Below are positions 9,732-19,365 of a DNA stretch of 64,000 nucleotides, one piece after another (the stretch's first letter is position 1; each line of letters starts with the position of its first letter). Under the pieces are notes generated by a model that saw only the letters and a list, made by a program, of their open reading frames with translations, ran no database searches and was not told the DNA's origin. Origin of the DNA: Spirochaetia bacterium (lineage in GTDB: Bacteria; Spirochaetota; Spirochaetia; DSM-16054; Sediminispirochaetaceae); assembly GCA_034520965.1 (NCBI GenBank), contig JAXHMY010000003.1, forward strand, positions 256,001 through 320,000, written 5' to 3'. Position numbers and translations under genes: made by a program.

Positions 9732-9824
9732 AGAATAGTAAGTTTTGATACCGACTTCGGCGGGTGGGATACATATATGCCGCAGGGCGTGGACAATGTC
9801 GACATTTTTAGCTTCTATTATTAA
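9732..9824 (+). pseudogene. Probable 3' remnant of the interrupted lipoprotein gene
   Basis: Reads RIVSFDTDFGGWDTYMPQGVDNVDIFSFYY*, followed by a terminator; one base out of phase with the 5' part in the reconstructed empty site. Confidence 0.55.
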
Positions 9825-9857
9825 ATGAACTAATAGAGTTACCATATAGTCTTTTCC

Positions 9858-9887
9858 ACCGCGGTACCTTAGGGGCCGCGGTTTTTT
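9858..9887 (+). terminator. Rho-independent terminator
   Basis: ACCGCGG...CCGCGGT hairpin plus T-run. Confidence 0.8.
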
Positions 9888-10000
9888 CTTGCCTTTTTCG
9901 GTCGCTTTATTCATTAATAGAAAATTACCTTGACTCACCCCACCTCTGTAAGTACCCTTAAAGAGAGAATCTTTTTAAAGAATCAAACAAAGGAGGACAT

Positions 10001-10984
10001 ATGTCCGAACGTGACGTATCACCACCGGGACTACCTTTTTCGATAAAACCGAAATTTATAGTAACCGTGGTAATTATAGTTGTGGTCATAGCCGTGGTCA
10101 TGTCGAGTTTCTTCGTCGTTGACCAAACTGAGCAAGCAGTAGTGCTTAGGTTCGGTAAGGTGAACAGAATTGTCGGCCCGGGCCTGCAGTTTAAGGTTCC
10201 CCTGGGAATCGAAAAGAACTACAACGTAGCGACCCAGAGAGTTCAAAAAATGGAGTTTGGCTTTCGCACCCAGCAGGCAAGTATCAATACCACCTACTCC
10301 GGCGCCGACTTCCCCGAAGAGTCGATTATGCTGACCGGAGACCTTAATATAATCGATGTCGAATGGATCATTCAGTATCGGATAAGCGAGCCTGTAGATT
10401 GGCTGTTTAATGTGGAGTTTCGAGAACAGACTCTACGCGACATAAGCCAGTCGATTATCAATCAGCTGGTAGGCGACCGGGCGATACTGAATGTAATCGG
10501 TTCAGAACGAGCAAGCATCGAGCAGCAGGGCCAGGACAAAATGCAGGAGCGCTTTGACGATTACGGTCTTGGTGTCACGGTTACCACGGTCAAACTGCGA
10601 AACATCGTACCTCCGCGGGGCGAAGTACAAGACGCATTTGAAGACGTAAACCGTGCTGTTCAGGATATGAACCGTTTTATCAATGAAGGAAAAGAGGCTT
10701 ACAACCAGGAAATACCGAAAGCCCGCGGCCAGGCCCAGCAGCTGATTCAAGAAGCCCAGGGATATGCAGCCGAACGTGTAAATAATTCAGAAGGTGATGT
10801 AGCCCGCTTTGTATCGGTCCTCGACCAGTATGAGTTGAGTCCCGAGGTAACCCGCACCCGTCTCTACATCGAAACCCTTGAAGCGCTCTTCCAGGAAGAA
10901 GAAGGTACCGACCTGATCGACCGGGGACTGGAGAACTTTATTCCCTTTAAAGGCCTGCCGACAGCACAAGGAGGCACACAGTGA
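10001..10984 (+). CDS. hflK: FtsH protease modulator HflK
   Basis: SPFH domain, MLTGDLNII, IPKARGQA, VTRTRLYIET; SD AAGGAGG. Confidence 0.93.
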   Translation: MSERDVSPPGLPFSIKPKFIVTVVIIVVVIAVVMSSFFVVDQTEQAVVLRFGKVNRIVGPGLQFKVPLGIEKNYNVATQRVQKMEFGFRTQQASINTTYSGADFPEESIMLTGDLNIIDVEWIIQYRISEPVDWLFNVEFREQTLRDISQSIINQLVGDRAILNVIGSERASIEQQGQDKMQERFDDYGLGVTVTTVKLRNIVPPRGEVQDAFEDVNRAVQDMNRFINEGKEAYNQEIPKARGQAQQLIQEAQGYAAERVNNSEGDVARFVSVLDQYELSPEVTRTRLYIETLEALFQEEEGTDLIDRGLENFIPFKGLPTAQGGTQ

Positions 10985-11973
10985 AAAAATTAGTAACAAC
11001 TTTAGTAGTGCTGCTTATTATCGTGGTAGTATTCGTGCTCCTAGGCCCGTTTTACATTGTAGAACAGGGTGAACAGGCCGTTGTAACCCGCTTTGGTAAG
11101 ATAGTAACTACAAATGTCAATCCGGGCCTCAAGTTTAAAGTACCGGTTATCGACAACGTAGTAAAATACTCTAAAAAAATACTGAGTTGGGACGGAGATG
11201 CACAACGGGTGCCTACCGCGGAAAACCAGTTTATCTGGGTTGATGCCACGGCCCGCTGGAAAATTGCCGACCCCCAGAAGTTTTACGAGGCGGTTTCTAC
11301 CCTTGAACAGGGCTGGGCCCGGCTTGACGACGTTATAGATTCGACCATCCGTACGGTCATTACCAGCAACAATCTGCGGGAAGCAGTCCGTAACACCAAC
11401 ATCATCAACGAGATGGAGGCCACCACGGAAATTCTGCAGCAGCAGGATGAAGAGGTGGACGAAGAAGAGCTTCGTGAGCTGACCCAAACTGAGAGATCGT
11501 ATGAAACAGTGAATCGGGGTCGTGAAGAACTCTCCCAGGAAATGTTCGAGTTAGCGGCTGAATTAACCCCCGACTACGGCATTGAGCTGGTTGATATCAT
11601 CATGCGTCAAATACGCTACTCCGACGACCTTACCGAAAGTGTCTACAGTCGTATGATTAAAGAGCGAAACCAGATCGCCGAAGCATACCGCTCCTACGGA
11701 CAGGGGAAAAAGGCCGAGTGGCTTGGTAGACTTGAAAACGAACGTAAAACAGTCCTCTCGGAAGCGTACCAGGAGTCTGAGGGTATTCGCGGTGAGGCCG
11801 ATGCCGAGGCAACCCTGATCTACGCTGAGGCTTATGAGCAGGACCCGGAGTTCTTTGAGTTCTGGCGTTCGATCGAATCGTACCGCAAAACCATACCCAA
11901 GTTTAAGAAAACCCTTACCACCGACATGGACTACTTTAAGTATTTGTACAATGAAGACGGAACTGTCGAATAA
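10981..11973 (+). CDS. hflC: FtsH protease modulator HflC
   Basis: SPFH domain, VYSRMIKER, IRGEADAEA, DPEFFEFWRSIESY; GTGA overlap with hflK. Confidence 0.93.
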   Translation: MKKLVTTLVVLLIIVVVFVLLGPFYIVEQGEQAVVTRFGKIVTTNVNPGLKFKVPVIDNVVKYSKKILSWDGDAQRVPTAENQFIWVDATARWKIADPQKFYEAVSTLEQGWARLDDVIDSTIRTVITSNNLREAVRNTNIINEMEATTEILQQQDEEVDEEELRELTQTERSYETVNRGREELSQEMFELAAELTPDYGIELVDIIMRQIRYSDDLTESVYSRMIKERNQIAEAYRSYGQGKKAEWLGRLENERKTVLSEAYQESEGIRGEADAEATLIYAEAYEQDPEFFEFWRSIESYRKTIPKFKKTLTTDMDYFKYLYNEDGTVE

Positions 11974-11997
11974 TCCGGCAAAAATCGCATAAAGTGG

Positions 11998-12035
11998 CCG
12001 CGGGAACCGAGTAATCGGAACCCGCGGTTTTTTTT
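11998..12035 (+). terminator. Rho-independent terminator after hflC
   Basis: CCGCGGG...CCCGCGG stem plus T8. Confidence 0.85.
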
Positions 12036-12041
12036 GGACAC

Positions 12042-13811
12042 TCACCCCTCAAATCGTCGGTGCCCCAGCTCTATTAAGTCCGCCAGCCCCAGTCGCAGTA
12101 TCTCCAGCTGCGATCCATCGCCCTGCAGCAGTTCCTGCAGCTTATTTACCTCTATCTCCCACTGCCGGCGGTACTTTTTGTGGGTGAATTTTTTTAGAAT
12201 GTGGAGTACTTTCTTCTGATACCGGCGTCGCTGGGCCTGGGTGTCGGCGCTGCACATGAGCCGGCGCACCACATCCAGCTCTTCCAGCCGGTCACCGCAG
12301 GCCGCCTCTTCCAGCAAAGCTTCGATCCGTTTCAATTCTGATGCTGAGAGCTTCTGTAATACATCTATCTGCGGAATCTCATGAAAGCGATATAAATTCT
12401 CGGTAGCCAACCACCCCCAGCCTTCGTTGCCCGCAAGCAGAACCTCAGCACCCCGGGTCACAAAGTTTTCGCAGAGCCGCTCCGGTACAAAAGAAGCCTG
12501 CAGCAATGCCTGGATGCGGTGAGCAGGCAGGAACCGGCCAAGATCCGGCTGACAGAAGACAGTTCGGGTGGAACTCAGCTTCTCCCGATTCCTCCCACTT
12601 TCACTGCAGCGCTCCACTACAATTTGAAACTCCGTGTTATAGGTACGGCGGTTCATGCTCTGCCGGCCGCCGCGGTAGGTTATATAATCCAGACTGTGAA
12701 TCTCCACTCGGCCGGCCCCGCTGAGAATCTCCATCAGCTGCTCCATGGGGATAATCCCCTCGCTGTTATAGCTGAGTACCAACCAACGGGCATCCGCAGC
12801 TTCCAGCACATCCCGCAGTGCCTCGGGGGCGCGTGCCCGTGAACAGAAATCCGAGCGGGTTGACTGCCAGTCCGGCCGTATCCCGGCCTTTGATACTAAT
12901 CTTCCGTCCGCCCCGATTCCATCATTTACCGGGGGAAAATCCCACCGCGCAATAGTGTTGAGCAGGTGGTAGTTGCTGCCGTACTGATGGATGTTATAAG
13001 GGGGGTCTAAATAGCAAAGGTCGCCACTGCGACGAGAGAGGAACTCGGCGGCATCCAACTGCTGCACTTCGCATTCGGCGGGGCCCTCTATCAGCACAGG
13101 ATATTCAAGCTGCATCGGTGCCATGATACGCCCCAGGGCATCACGGCTGTGACCGCCAAAGCCCTTGTGGTAGGCTTTGAACACTCCGGAGGTATTCACA
13201 TGAGTGGCCGCCTGATACAGCAGCAGGGCCAGCAGAAGCTCGTGTGCCCTGCCCCCCTCCGGAAACCACCGGTCTATATGCTCCCGTACCAGATCGATAA
13301 ACAGGGCATTCTCCCGTGTGTAGAACAGACGCTCGGTACGATAGTCTGCCTCCGCAGTGGAGGCCGGAGCGTAATGACGGCTGATCAAAGGCCGCTGCGG
13401 CTGTTTTAAGGATCGATTCCCACGCCTGCTCCGTGAATCGGGCTGCAGTGTATTAAGTTCGTCAAGGACATTTTTCAGGCCGCCAAAATCAGAAAACAGC
13501 TCCTCCGCTTGAGCAGGATTCAAGGTAAGGTGAGCGGTGTTAATGACCTTCGAATACTCCTCCCAGTCGTTGGCCGCTACCTGTAAACCCATCTGGCGAA
13601 CCATTCTGGCTACCGCTCCACTGCCGGCAAAGGGGTCGAGAACCCGGGTAATAGGGTGCTGTTCATTGAGCCGGGAGAAGATGCGGTATAAAAACCCGAG
13701 GATGCGCCTTTTGTTGCCAATGTAGGCAATTAGCTGGCGAGTAAGATAATCTGTAGAAACAAAGGCCCCATCACTTGTCGAAAGGCTGAGGGCCTGATAC
13801 CATTCCGGCAT
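12042..13811 (-). CDS. D12-class N6-adenine DNA methyltransferase with long C-terminal extension (start uncertain)
   Basis: YIGNK, LDPFAGSG (motif I), YLDPPYN (motif IV), LSYNSEG; no adjacent endonuclease. Confidence 0.85.
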   Translation of the reverse strand: MPEWYQALSLSTSDGAFVSTDYLTRQLIAYIGNKRRILGFLYRIFSRLNEQHPITRVLDPFAGSGAVARMVRQMGLQVAANDWEEYSKVINTAHLTLNPAQAEELFSDFGGLKNVLDELNTLQPDSRSRRGNRSLKQPQRPLISRHYAPASTAEADYRTERLFYTRENALFIDLVREHIDRWFPEGGRAHELLLALLLYQAATHVNTSGVFKAYHKGFGGHSRDALGRIMAPMQLEYPVLIEGPAECEVQQLDAAEFLSRRSGDLCYLDPPYNIHQYGSNYHLLNTIARWDFPPVNDGIGADGRLVSKAGIRPDWQSTRSDFCSRARAPEALRDVLEAADARWLVLSYNSEGIIPMEQLMEILSGAGRVEIHSLDYITYRGGRQSMNRRTYNTEFQIVVERCSESGRNREKLSSTRTVFCQPDLGRFLPAHRIQALLQASFVPERLCENFVTRGAEVLLAGNEGWGWLATENLYRFHEIPQIDVLQKLSASELKRIEALLEEAACGDRLEELDVVRRLMCSADTQAQRRRYQKKVLHILKKFTHKKYRRQWEIEVNKLQELLQGDGSQLEILRLGLADLIELGHRRFEG

Positions 13812-15372
13812 GACCGGAAAGAGACTAACAGCTTTACTTGCAAAGATCAATATAATTGAACAACACGGACCTTCCGATCCACCGATTACCGACCTTGTCT
13901 ATGACAGCCGCGAGGTACAGCAGGGCAGCCTGTTTTTTGCCTTGAAGGGGCTGCATAGCGACGGCCACGACTACATAGAAAAGGCGCTTGCCCAAGGTGC
14001 TGCAGCAGTGGTCCACAGCGATCCCCTTCCCCGCTACGCCCGGGGTGTGGCTTACCTGCGGGTAGAGAACAGCCGCAGGGCTATGTCTCCAATTGCCTGC
14101 AGCTTTTACGATGATCCCTCTTCAGAAATGACGATTATCGGGGTAACCGGAACCGACGGAAAAAGTACTACCAGCTACTTTATCCAGCAGCTGCTGCAGT
14201 TAAGCGGCAAACCCGCGGGGCTGCTTACTACAGTTCAATTTGATTTAGGCCGGGGAGCAGAGAAAAACTATCTGCGCCAATCAACCCCCGAGGCCACCGA
14301 AATACACCGGCTCCTGCGCGCCATGCGGGAGAATGGTTGCACCCACGCGGTGGTCGAGGCCACCAGCCACGGCCTCTCGCCCCTGAACAACCGCCTTGGG
14401 GATGTAAAGTTTGATGTAGGGGTACTCACCAACATCAGCCACGAACACCTGGAGTTTCATAAAACCCTCGAACGGTATATCGACGACAAGGCAAATCTGT
14501 TTCGGGCTCTTCCGCCGGAGACGGGCATTGCCGTTATCAATGCCGAGGAGCCCCACCGTCAGGCCTTTATCGATGCCGCCGCCTGTCCCGTGTATTTCTA
14601 TGGAATAAGCCCGGGAGCACAAGAGCCCCCGGGAACAGCCGACCTCACCGCCTCGGAGATTGAAGAGAGCCCGGCGGGGCAATCCTTCTTTATCAGCCGT
14701 AAAACAAGTGCTGCAGACACTGCAGAAGAACCGATTCAAACCCGTGTTAAGCTGCCCCAACCGGGCCGTTTTAATGTGGAAAACAGCTTAGCCGCTTTGC
14801 TGGCCCTAGGGCATCTGCCCGGAGAATCCCTGCAGTCCTATTTTCCCCTCATTGCAGAACTCAAACCTATCAAAGGACGCATGGTGCCGGTGGATGAAGG
14901 CCAGCCCTTTCAGGTTATTGTCGATTACGCCCACACTCCCGGCTCATTCCGCAAATTGTTTCCTGCCCTGCGTGCCCAAGTTGATACAGGCAAACTTATT
15001 GCTGTCTTTAGCTCCGCCGGCGAGCGAGATATTGAAAAACGCAGCCAGTTAGGCGAAATTGCCGCTGCCTACTGTGATATCATTGTGCTGGCCGATGAAG
15101 ACCCCCGCGGAGAGGTTCCGCTGGATATTCTGGAAGATGTAGCCGCCGGCTGCGGGTCTATGCAGCGGGAACATGAGCTATTTTTAATAGAGGATCGGCC
15201 TACGGCAATTCGCTACGCATTTACACTGGCGAACAAGGGTGATTTGGTAGTACTATTAGGAAAGGGCCACGAGGGCAGTATTATATATGCGGATGGCCCC
15301 ATCCCCTGGGATGAGGAAACAGTTGCTCGGGAGCAGCTGCGCCGGCTCGGTTACAAGCCCCTTAATCAATAA
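13810..15372 (+). CDS. murE: UDP-MurNAc-tripeptide synthetase MurE
   Basis: DSR, GVTGTDGKSTT, STPE, HEHLEFH, VDYAHTP, DEDPRGE, GKGHE. Confidence 0.95.
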   Translation: MTGKRLTALLAKINIIEQHGPSDPPITDLVYDSREVQQGSLFFALKGLHSDGHDYIEKALAQGAAAVVHSDPLPRYARGVAYLRVENSRRAMSPIACSFYDDPSSEMTIIGVTGTDGKSTTSYFIQQLLQLSGKPAGLLTTVQFDLGRGAEKNYLRQSTPEATEIHRLLRAMRENGCTHAVVEATSHGLSPLNNRLGDVKFDVGVLTNISHEHLEFHKTLERYIDDKANLFRALPPETGIAVINAEEPHRQAFIDAAACPVYFYGISPGAQEPPGTADLTASEIEESPAGQSFFISRKTSAADTAEEPIQTRVKLPQPGRFNVENSLAALLALGHLPGESLQSYFPLIAELKPIKGRMVPVDEGQPFQVIVDYAHTPGSFRKLFPALRAQVDTGKLIAVFSSAGERDIEKRSQLGEIAAAYCDIIVLADEDPRGEVPLDILEDVAAGCGSMQREHELFLIEDRPTAIRYAFTLANKGDLVVLLGKGHEGSIIYADGPIPWDEETVAREQLRRLGYKPLNQ

Positions 15373-15391
15373 ATTATCAGGGAGAGACAGT

Positions 15392-16486
15392 ATGGATACA
15401 TCACGGATTGGTATTTTATTCGGCGGAAAATCAGGTGAGCACGAGGTGTCCCTGAGATCGGCGGCCTCGGTATTTACCCACATCGACAAGGATAAATTTG
15501 AGCCGGTACTAATAGGCATCGATCGTGACGGCCGCTGGTATCTGCAACCTGAACCTCGCGTGTCGGAAGATGGAGCGAGCCTAGAGCTGAACCCCGATCC
15601 GAACTTTCTGGTAAGTGTCCTGCCGGGACAGGGGCTGTGGACCGGCACCGGCCGGCTTGAATTAGCGGCGGTATTTCCGGTACTGCACGGAACTTTCGGC
15701 GAAGACGGCACAGTTCAGGGCTTACTTGAAGTGGCGGGCATTCCCTATGTAGGGGCCGGTGTGTTAGGCAGCAGCCTTGGTATGGACAAGGCTATGGTAA
15801 AACGGGTGTGGCTTGAGGCGGGGTTGGCGACTATCCCCTTTGTGGAGGTTCACAATCGTGAACTTGAAAGCGCTACCACCCTGTCGGCGCTGTTCGACCG
15901 AATTTTAGGGCGCTTCGACTTTCCTCTGTTTGTAAAACCCTCCCGCTCCGGCTCATCAGTCGGAGTTAGCCGCACCACTAACCGGACCGAACTGCAGACC
16001 GCCCTGCATACAGCCTTTCAGTTTGATACGAAAGCCCTGGTTGAACCGGAAGTGACCGGCCGCGAGGTTGAATGTTCGGTCGTGGGTAATCAATACCCGG
16101 ATGCATATGCGGTAGGCGAGATTGTCCCGACCCACGAACACAAGTTCTACGATTACGATGCGAAGTACCTGGACCCCGAAGGAGCACTGCTGAAGGTTCC
16201 TGCACAGCTGCCCTCCGAGACTATCGCTGCAGTCCAGGAACTGGCGGTAGCAGCTTATGTGAGTGCCGATGCTGAAGGCTTTGCGCGGCTGGACTTCTTT
16301 GTAACCGAAGAAAACAGTGTGGTCCTGAACGAAATCAATACCATACCCGGCTTTACCAGCATCAGTATGTTTCCTAAACTCTGTGAGCACACCGGACTGA
16401 GCTATCCGAGCCTAATTACTACCTTGATTGAATTGGGTATTGAGCGGTATCAACAGCGAACTGCCCTTCACTACACCCGCGAGTAA
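15392..16486 (+). CDS. ddl: D-alanine--D-alanine ligase
   Basis: GGKSGEHEVSLRSA, HGTFGEDG, VKPSRSGSSVG, FYDYDAKY, NEINTIPGFT. Confidence 0.96.
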   Translation: MDTSRIGILFGGKSGEHEVSLRSAASVFTHIDKDKFEPVLIGIDRDGRWYLQPEPRVSEDGASLELNPDPNFLVSVLPGQGLWTGTGRLELAAVFPVLHGTFGEDGTVQGLLEVAGIPYVGAGVLGSSLGMDKAMVKRVWLEAGLATIPFVEVHNRELESATTLSALFDRILGRFDFPLFVKPSRSGSSVGVSRTTNRTELQTALHTAFQFDTKALVEPEVTGREVECSVVGNQYPDAYAVGEIVPTHEHKFYDYDAKYLDPEGALLKVPAQLPSETIAAVQELAVAAYVSADAEGFARLDFFVTEENSVVLNEINTIPGFTSISMFPKLCEHTGLSYPSLITTLIELGIERYQQRTALHYTRE

Positions 16487-16487
16487 A

Positions 16488-16519
16488 CCTCTACCAGTGG
16501 TCGCCTCTACCAGTGGTCG
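16488..16519. repeat. 16-bp tandem duplication covering the nitroreductase stop codon
   Basis: CCTCTACCAGTGGTCG x2. Confidence 0.9.
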
Positions 16520-17016
16520 TAAGACAGCAGTTGATCGAGGGGTCGACGCTCGCGCTGCAGGGGTGTTTCCTCGGCATACCCTAACAGCAACAGCGCCACC
16601 ACCCGCATTTGATAGGGAACCGTAAGGATCTGTCGAACCCGTTCCTCATCGTAGGTGGTAATTGTGTGAGCTCCTAAGCCTTCAGCCCGTGCCTGAACCA
16701 TCATGAAGGCCAGGGAAATGCCGATATCAATCGGGTAGGCAAGTTGGCCGTTGGGCATTTTATAATCTACGTTTGTAGTGCACACTGCAATTATTACAGG
16801 AGCTTTCCCAACGTGTTCCTCCATATAGGCGGCAGAATAAATCTTCTCTCGCACATCCGTCTTTCGCACTGCAACCAAGCGCCAGGGCTGGCGGTTTTTG
16901 GCTGAGGGAGCCCTCTGAGCAGCAGAAACAATACGGTCAAGAGATTCCTGGGGAATATTGTCCGGTTTGAAATTGGAGATGGTTACCCAGTCGGATATCT
17001 CTTTTAATACTTCCAT
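16507..17016 (-). CDS. Nitroreductase family protein
   Basis: AQRAPSAKNRQPW, ARAEGLG motifs. Confidence 0.88.
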   Translation of the reverse strand: MEVLKEISDWVTISNFKPDNIPQESLDRIVSAAQRAPSAKNRQPWRLVAVRKTDVREKIYSAAYMEEHVGKAPVIIAVCTTNVDYKMPNGQLAYPIDIGISLAFMMVQARAEGLGAHTITTYDEERVRQILTVPYQMRVVALLLLGYAEETPLQRERRPLDQLLSYDHW

Positions 17017-17091
17017 ACGCCCTCAATTCTATATGTATAATTTCAAATAAAGCTTGACTTGAAAACAGTAATTCTCGTAAGGTGAATTTAG

Positions 17092-19332
17092 ATGTTAATG
17101 AAAAGAATTGCGTTCATCACTGTATTAAGCCTACTCTTACCGCTCACCATTTTGGTGGCGTTACCATTCCCTTCATCTTACCATACATTAGAGGATATGC
17201 ACACCTTTTACAAAAACTATCCCCGTTTTGAAAATAGCCAAAATGAAAAACAGACATTCAACTACATTATCAATGAACTGGATAAAAAAAATATAGATTT
17301 TCGACGCATAGATTTGGGCGGGTTTGAAAACTTTCATTCCTTTTCGTCGATAGTTGAGGCCAACTTTCAAGGAACAACAGATAATGATCTCTATTTTATT
17401 TTTCCCGTAAACCATCCAATGGATGCTGCTCAGGTGAAGAGCGGAGCCGCCGGCCTTACCCTGGCCCTTCAGCTCTGCAGGAGCCTATCTGAAATGAACC
17501 TTACACAGAATGTTCATGTGCTTTTTTTGGGAGCCGAATACGGGCGCTCGGATGAGTACAAACTTGGAACCCGGGCCTTTCTGGAAGAATACCACTCCGA
17601 AACCCCTTCACAGGTACTCTATTTCACCATCCCCACGTCGGACTTTAAAATCGAACTACGGGCAGCCGGCAGCGGGATCGTGTCACCTGCGTGGTTTGTA
17701 GAGTACACAAGCAATTCACTTCTAAGAAATCAAGTAGCTTTCCAATTTTCAACAATCCGCTTCAACCTGTATCAAATGGGTCTTAATGAAACTACCACGC
17801 GGATAGATCCTTATCTGGACTCGAACCTGCCCTCCCTTCACCTATTCGGGGAACCGATATCGGAAGATTCGGCCGCGGCGGAGGAGCACACAAATATCGA
17901 TGAGCTTCACAGCTTCCTGATAAATTATGTAAAATCCTACCCTGAGGAAATCCCGGACCAGTGGGACAGACATTACATTCTATATAAACTGGGTACGTAT
18001 ACACAGCTCATTCCCGAGTTCTCTTATATTATTATTATCTTGGCCTTATTTGCCGCGGTGCTTCTCTACCCCTTTTTTCGCCGAAAACGGTTCTACCGCT
18101 ACCTAGGCTCGATGCGGCGCAATGGCTGGGTGCTCCCGATAATTTTAGCGTTAATGTTTTTTTACCTGCTCCTGGCCACGATAGTGCTGGAAGGCATTGC
18201 CCTTTACCGGCAGTATAACTTGCTGTGGCAGCAACAGCCCTTTTTGCTGCTGCTGTTGAAGATCAGTATTGCCGGTTTTTTGTTTGCCCTTAGCCACAGG
18301 GTTACCACCCCGTTTCACTTTACCCGACTTCGAGGAAGCTTTTATTCCGCTGCGGGTCTATTTTTCTTACTAGTCAATGTGCTGATTCTTACCACATATA
18401 ATCTCTCCCTTACTCTGTACGGCGCAGCAATTTTTATATTGGGATTCCTATTTACAGTCGTTCGGCGTCGGCTTACCAAACTTATATATTTGATACTGTC
18501 AATTGTCTTTATCATTGGTATCCTGCTTACAATCTTTCAAACCGGTACAAGTCGCGCTGTTTACCTTATTTTGCTCTCCCGGGTACAGGGCAACCTGTTG
18601 ATCGCTTTTCACATGCTGCCCTACATGCTGTTTATCCTGCGCTTGAGAGTTCTGTACCATCACCCTGCTCAATCATACACCCGGCGCATAACCTTGGCCT
18701 TTGACTTGCTTTTTGGAACACTGAGTATCGCACTTTTAGTATACCTGCTGTTTTTCTACTCCCTCAGCCCCGGCAGCCGCCGCCCCCTGCAGGTGTACGA
18801 ACAGATCGATGCCATCCGGAACCACCATACTTTGAACTTCGAAAGCAGCGAGCCCTTAGGCTTCTTCACGTACGGCAGCTCCCCACTGGCCACTGCTAAA
18901 GAGAACGGCCAAGCAGTGGAGGTTGAGAGTGATAACCGGGAGACCCGCAAAGAACTGCCCTTTCAAGATCCTCTGTTGGATGTTACTATCGACAGCCGGG
19001 ATTTTTTGGGGCGCACAACCTACCAATTAGGGATTACAGCTCCCTTTCCGATCGAGGATCTGCAGGTAACTCTCTCTTCAGAGGCGTCGATTACCCTATA
19101 CGATTCCGATTTTCCTGTTTCGCCCCTCCGCGACCCCAACACCTTGCAATTTCATATCGGCAGATTCCCAAGCAACCCCTTTAGTTTCACCTTTACAGTA
19201 CCGGAAGAACTGAAGGGGGTACTAAAAATAGCGGCAGAGGTGTATTCCCTGCCTTATACTACTCAGCTCGACCGCAGCCGTTTCGATATTGAGTACCATC
19301 TAAAGGCGATTCAATCTATCCCCCTTAATTGA
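17092..19332 (+). CDS. M28-peptidase-like fold plus multi-pass membrane protein
   Basis: N-terminal M28-like segment (SGAAGL...VLFLGAE), about 8 TM helices, soluble C-terminal domain; metal ligands appear degenerate. Confidence 0.6.
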   Translation: MLMKRIAFITVLSLLLPLTILVALPFPSSYHTLEDMHTFYKNYPRFENSQNEKQTFNYIINELDKKNIDFRRIDLGGFENFHSFSSIVEANFQGTTDNDLYFIFPVNHPMDAAQVKSGAAGLTLALQLCRSLSEMNLTQNVHVLFLGAEYGRSDEYKLGTRAFLEEYHSETPSQVLYFTIPTSDFKIELRAAGSGIVSPAWFVEYTSNSLLRNQVAFQFSTIRFNLYQMGLNETTTRIDPYLDSNLPSLHLFGEPISEDSAAAEEHTNIDELHSFLINYVKSYPEEIPDQWDRHYILYKLGTYTQLIPEFSYIIIILALFAAVLLYPFFRRKRFYRYLGSMRRNGWVLPIILALMFFYLLLATIVLEGIALYRQYNLLWQQQPFLLLLLKISIAGFLFALSHRVTTPFHFTRLRGSFYSAAGLFFLLVNVLILTTYNLSLTLYGAAIFILGFLFTVVRRRLTKLIYLILSIVFIIGILLTIFQTGTSRAVYLILLSRVQGNLLIAFHMLPYMLFILRLRVLYHHPAQSYTRRITLAFDLLFGTLSIALLVYLLFFYSLSPGSRRPLQVYEQIDAIRNHHTLNFESSEPLGFFTYGSSPLATAKENGQAVEVESDNRETRKELPFQDPLLDVTIDSRDFLGRTTYQLGITAPFPIEDLQVTLSSEASITLYDSDFPVSPLRDPNTLQFHIGRFPSNPFSFTFTVPEELKGVLKIAAEVYSLPYTTQLDRSRFDIEYHLKAIQSIPLN

Positions 19333-19357
19333 CACCGCCTGTACCTTAAAGTAGGAT
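19329..19357 (+). promoter_or_regulatory. sigma70-type promoter directly before a probably leaderless ATG
   Basis: TTGACA-17 nt-TAGGAT, 8 nt before ATG 19366, no SD. Confidence 0.7.
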
Positions 19358-19365
19358 TGTAAACT

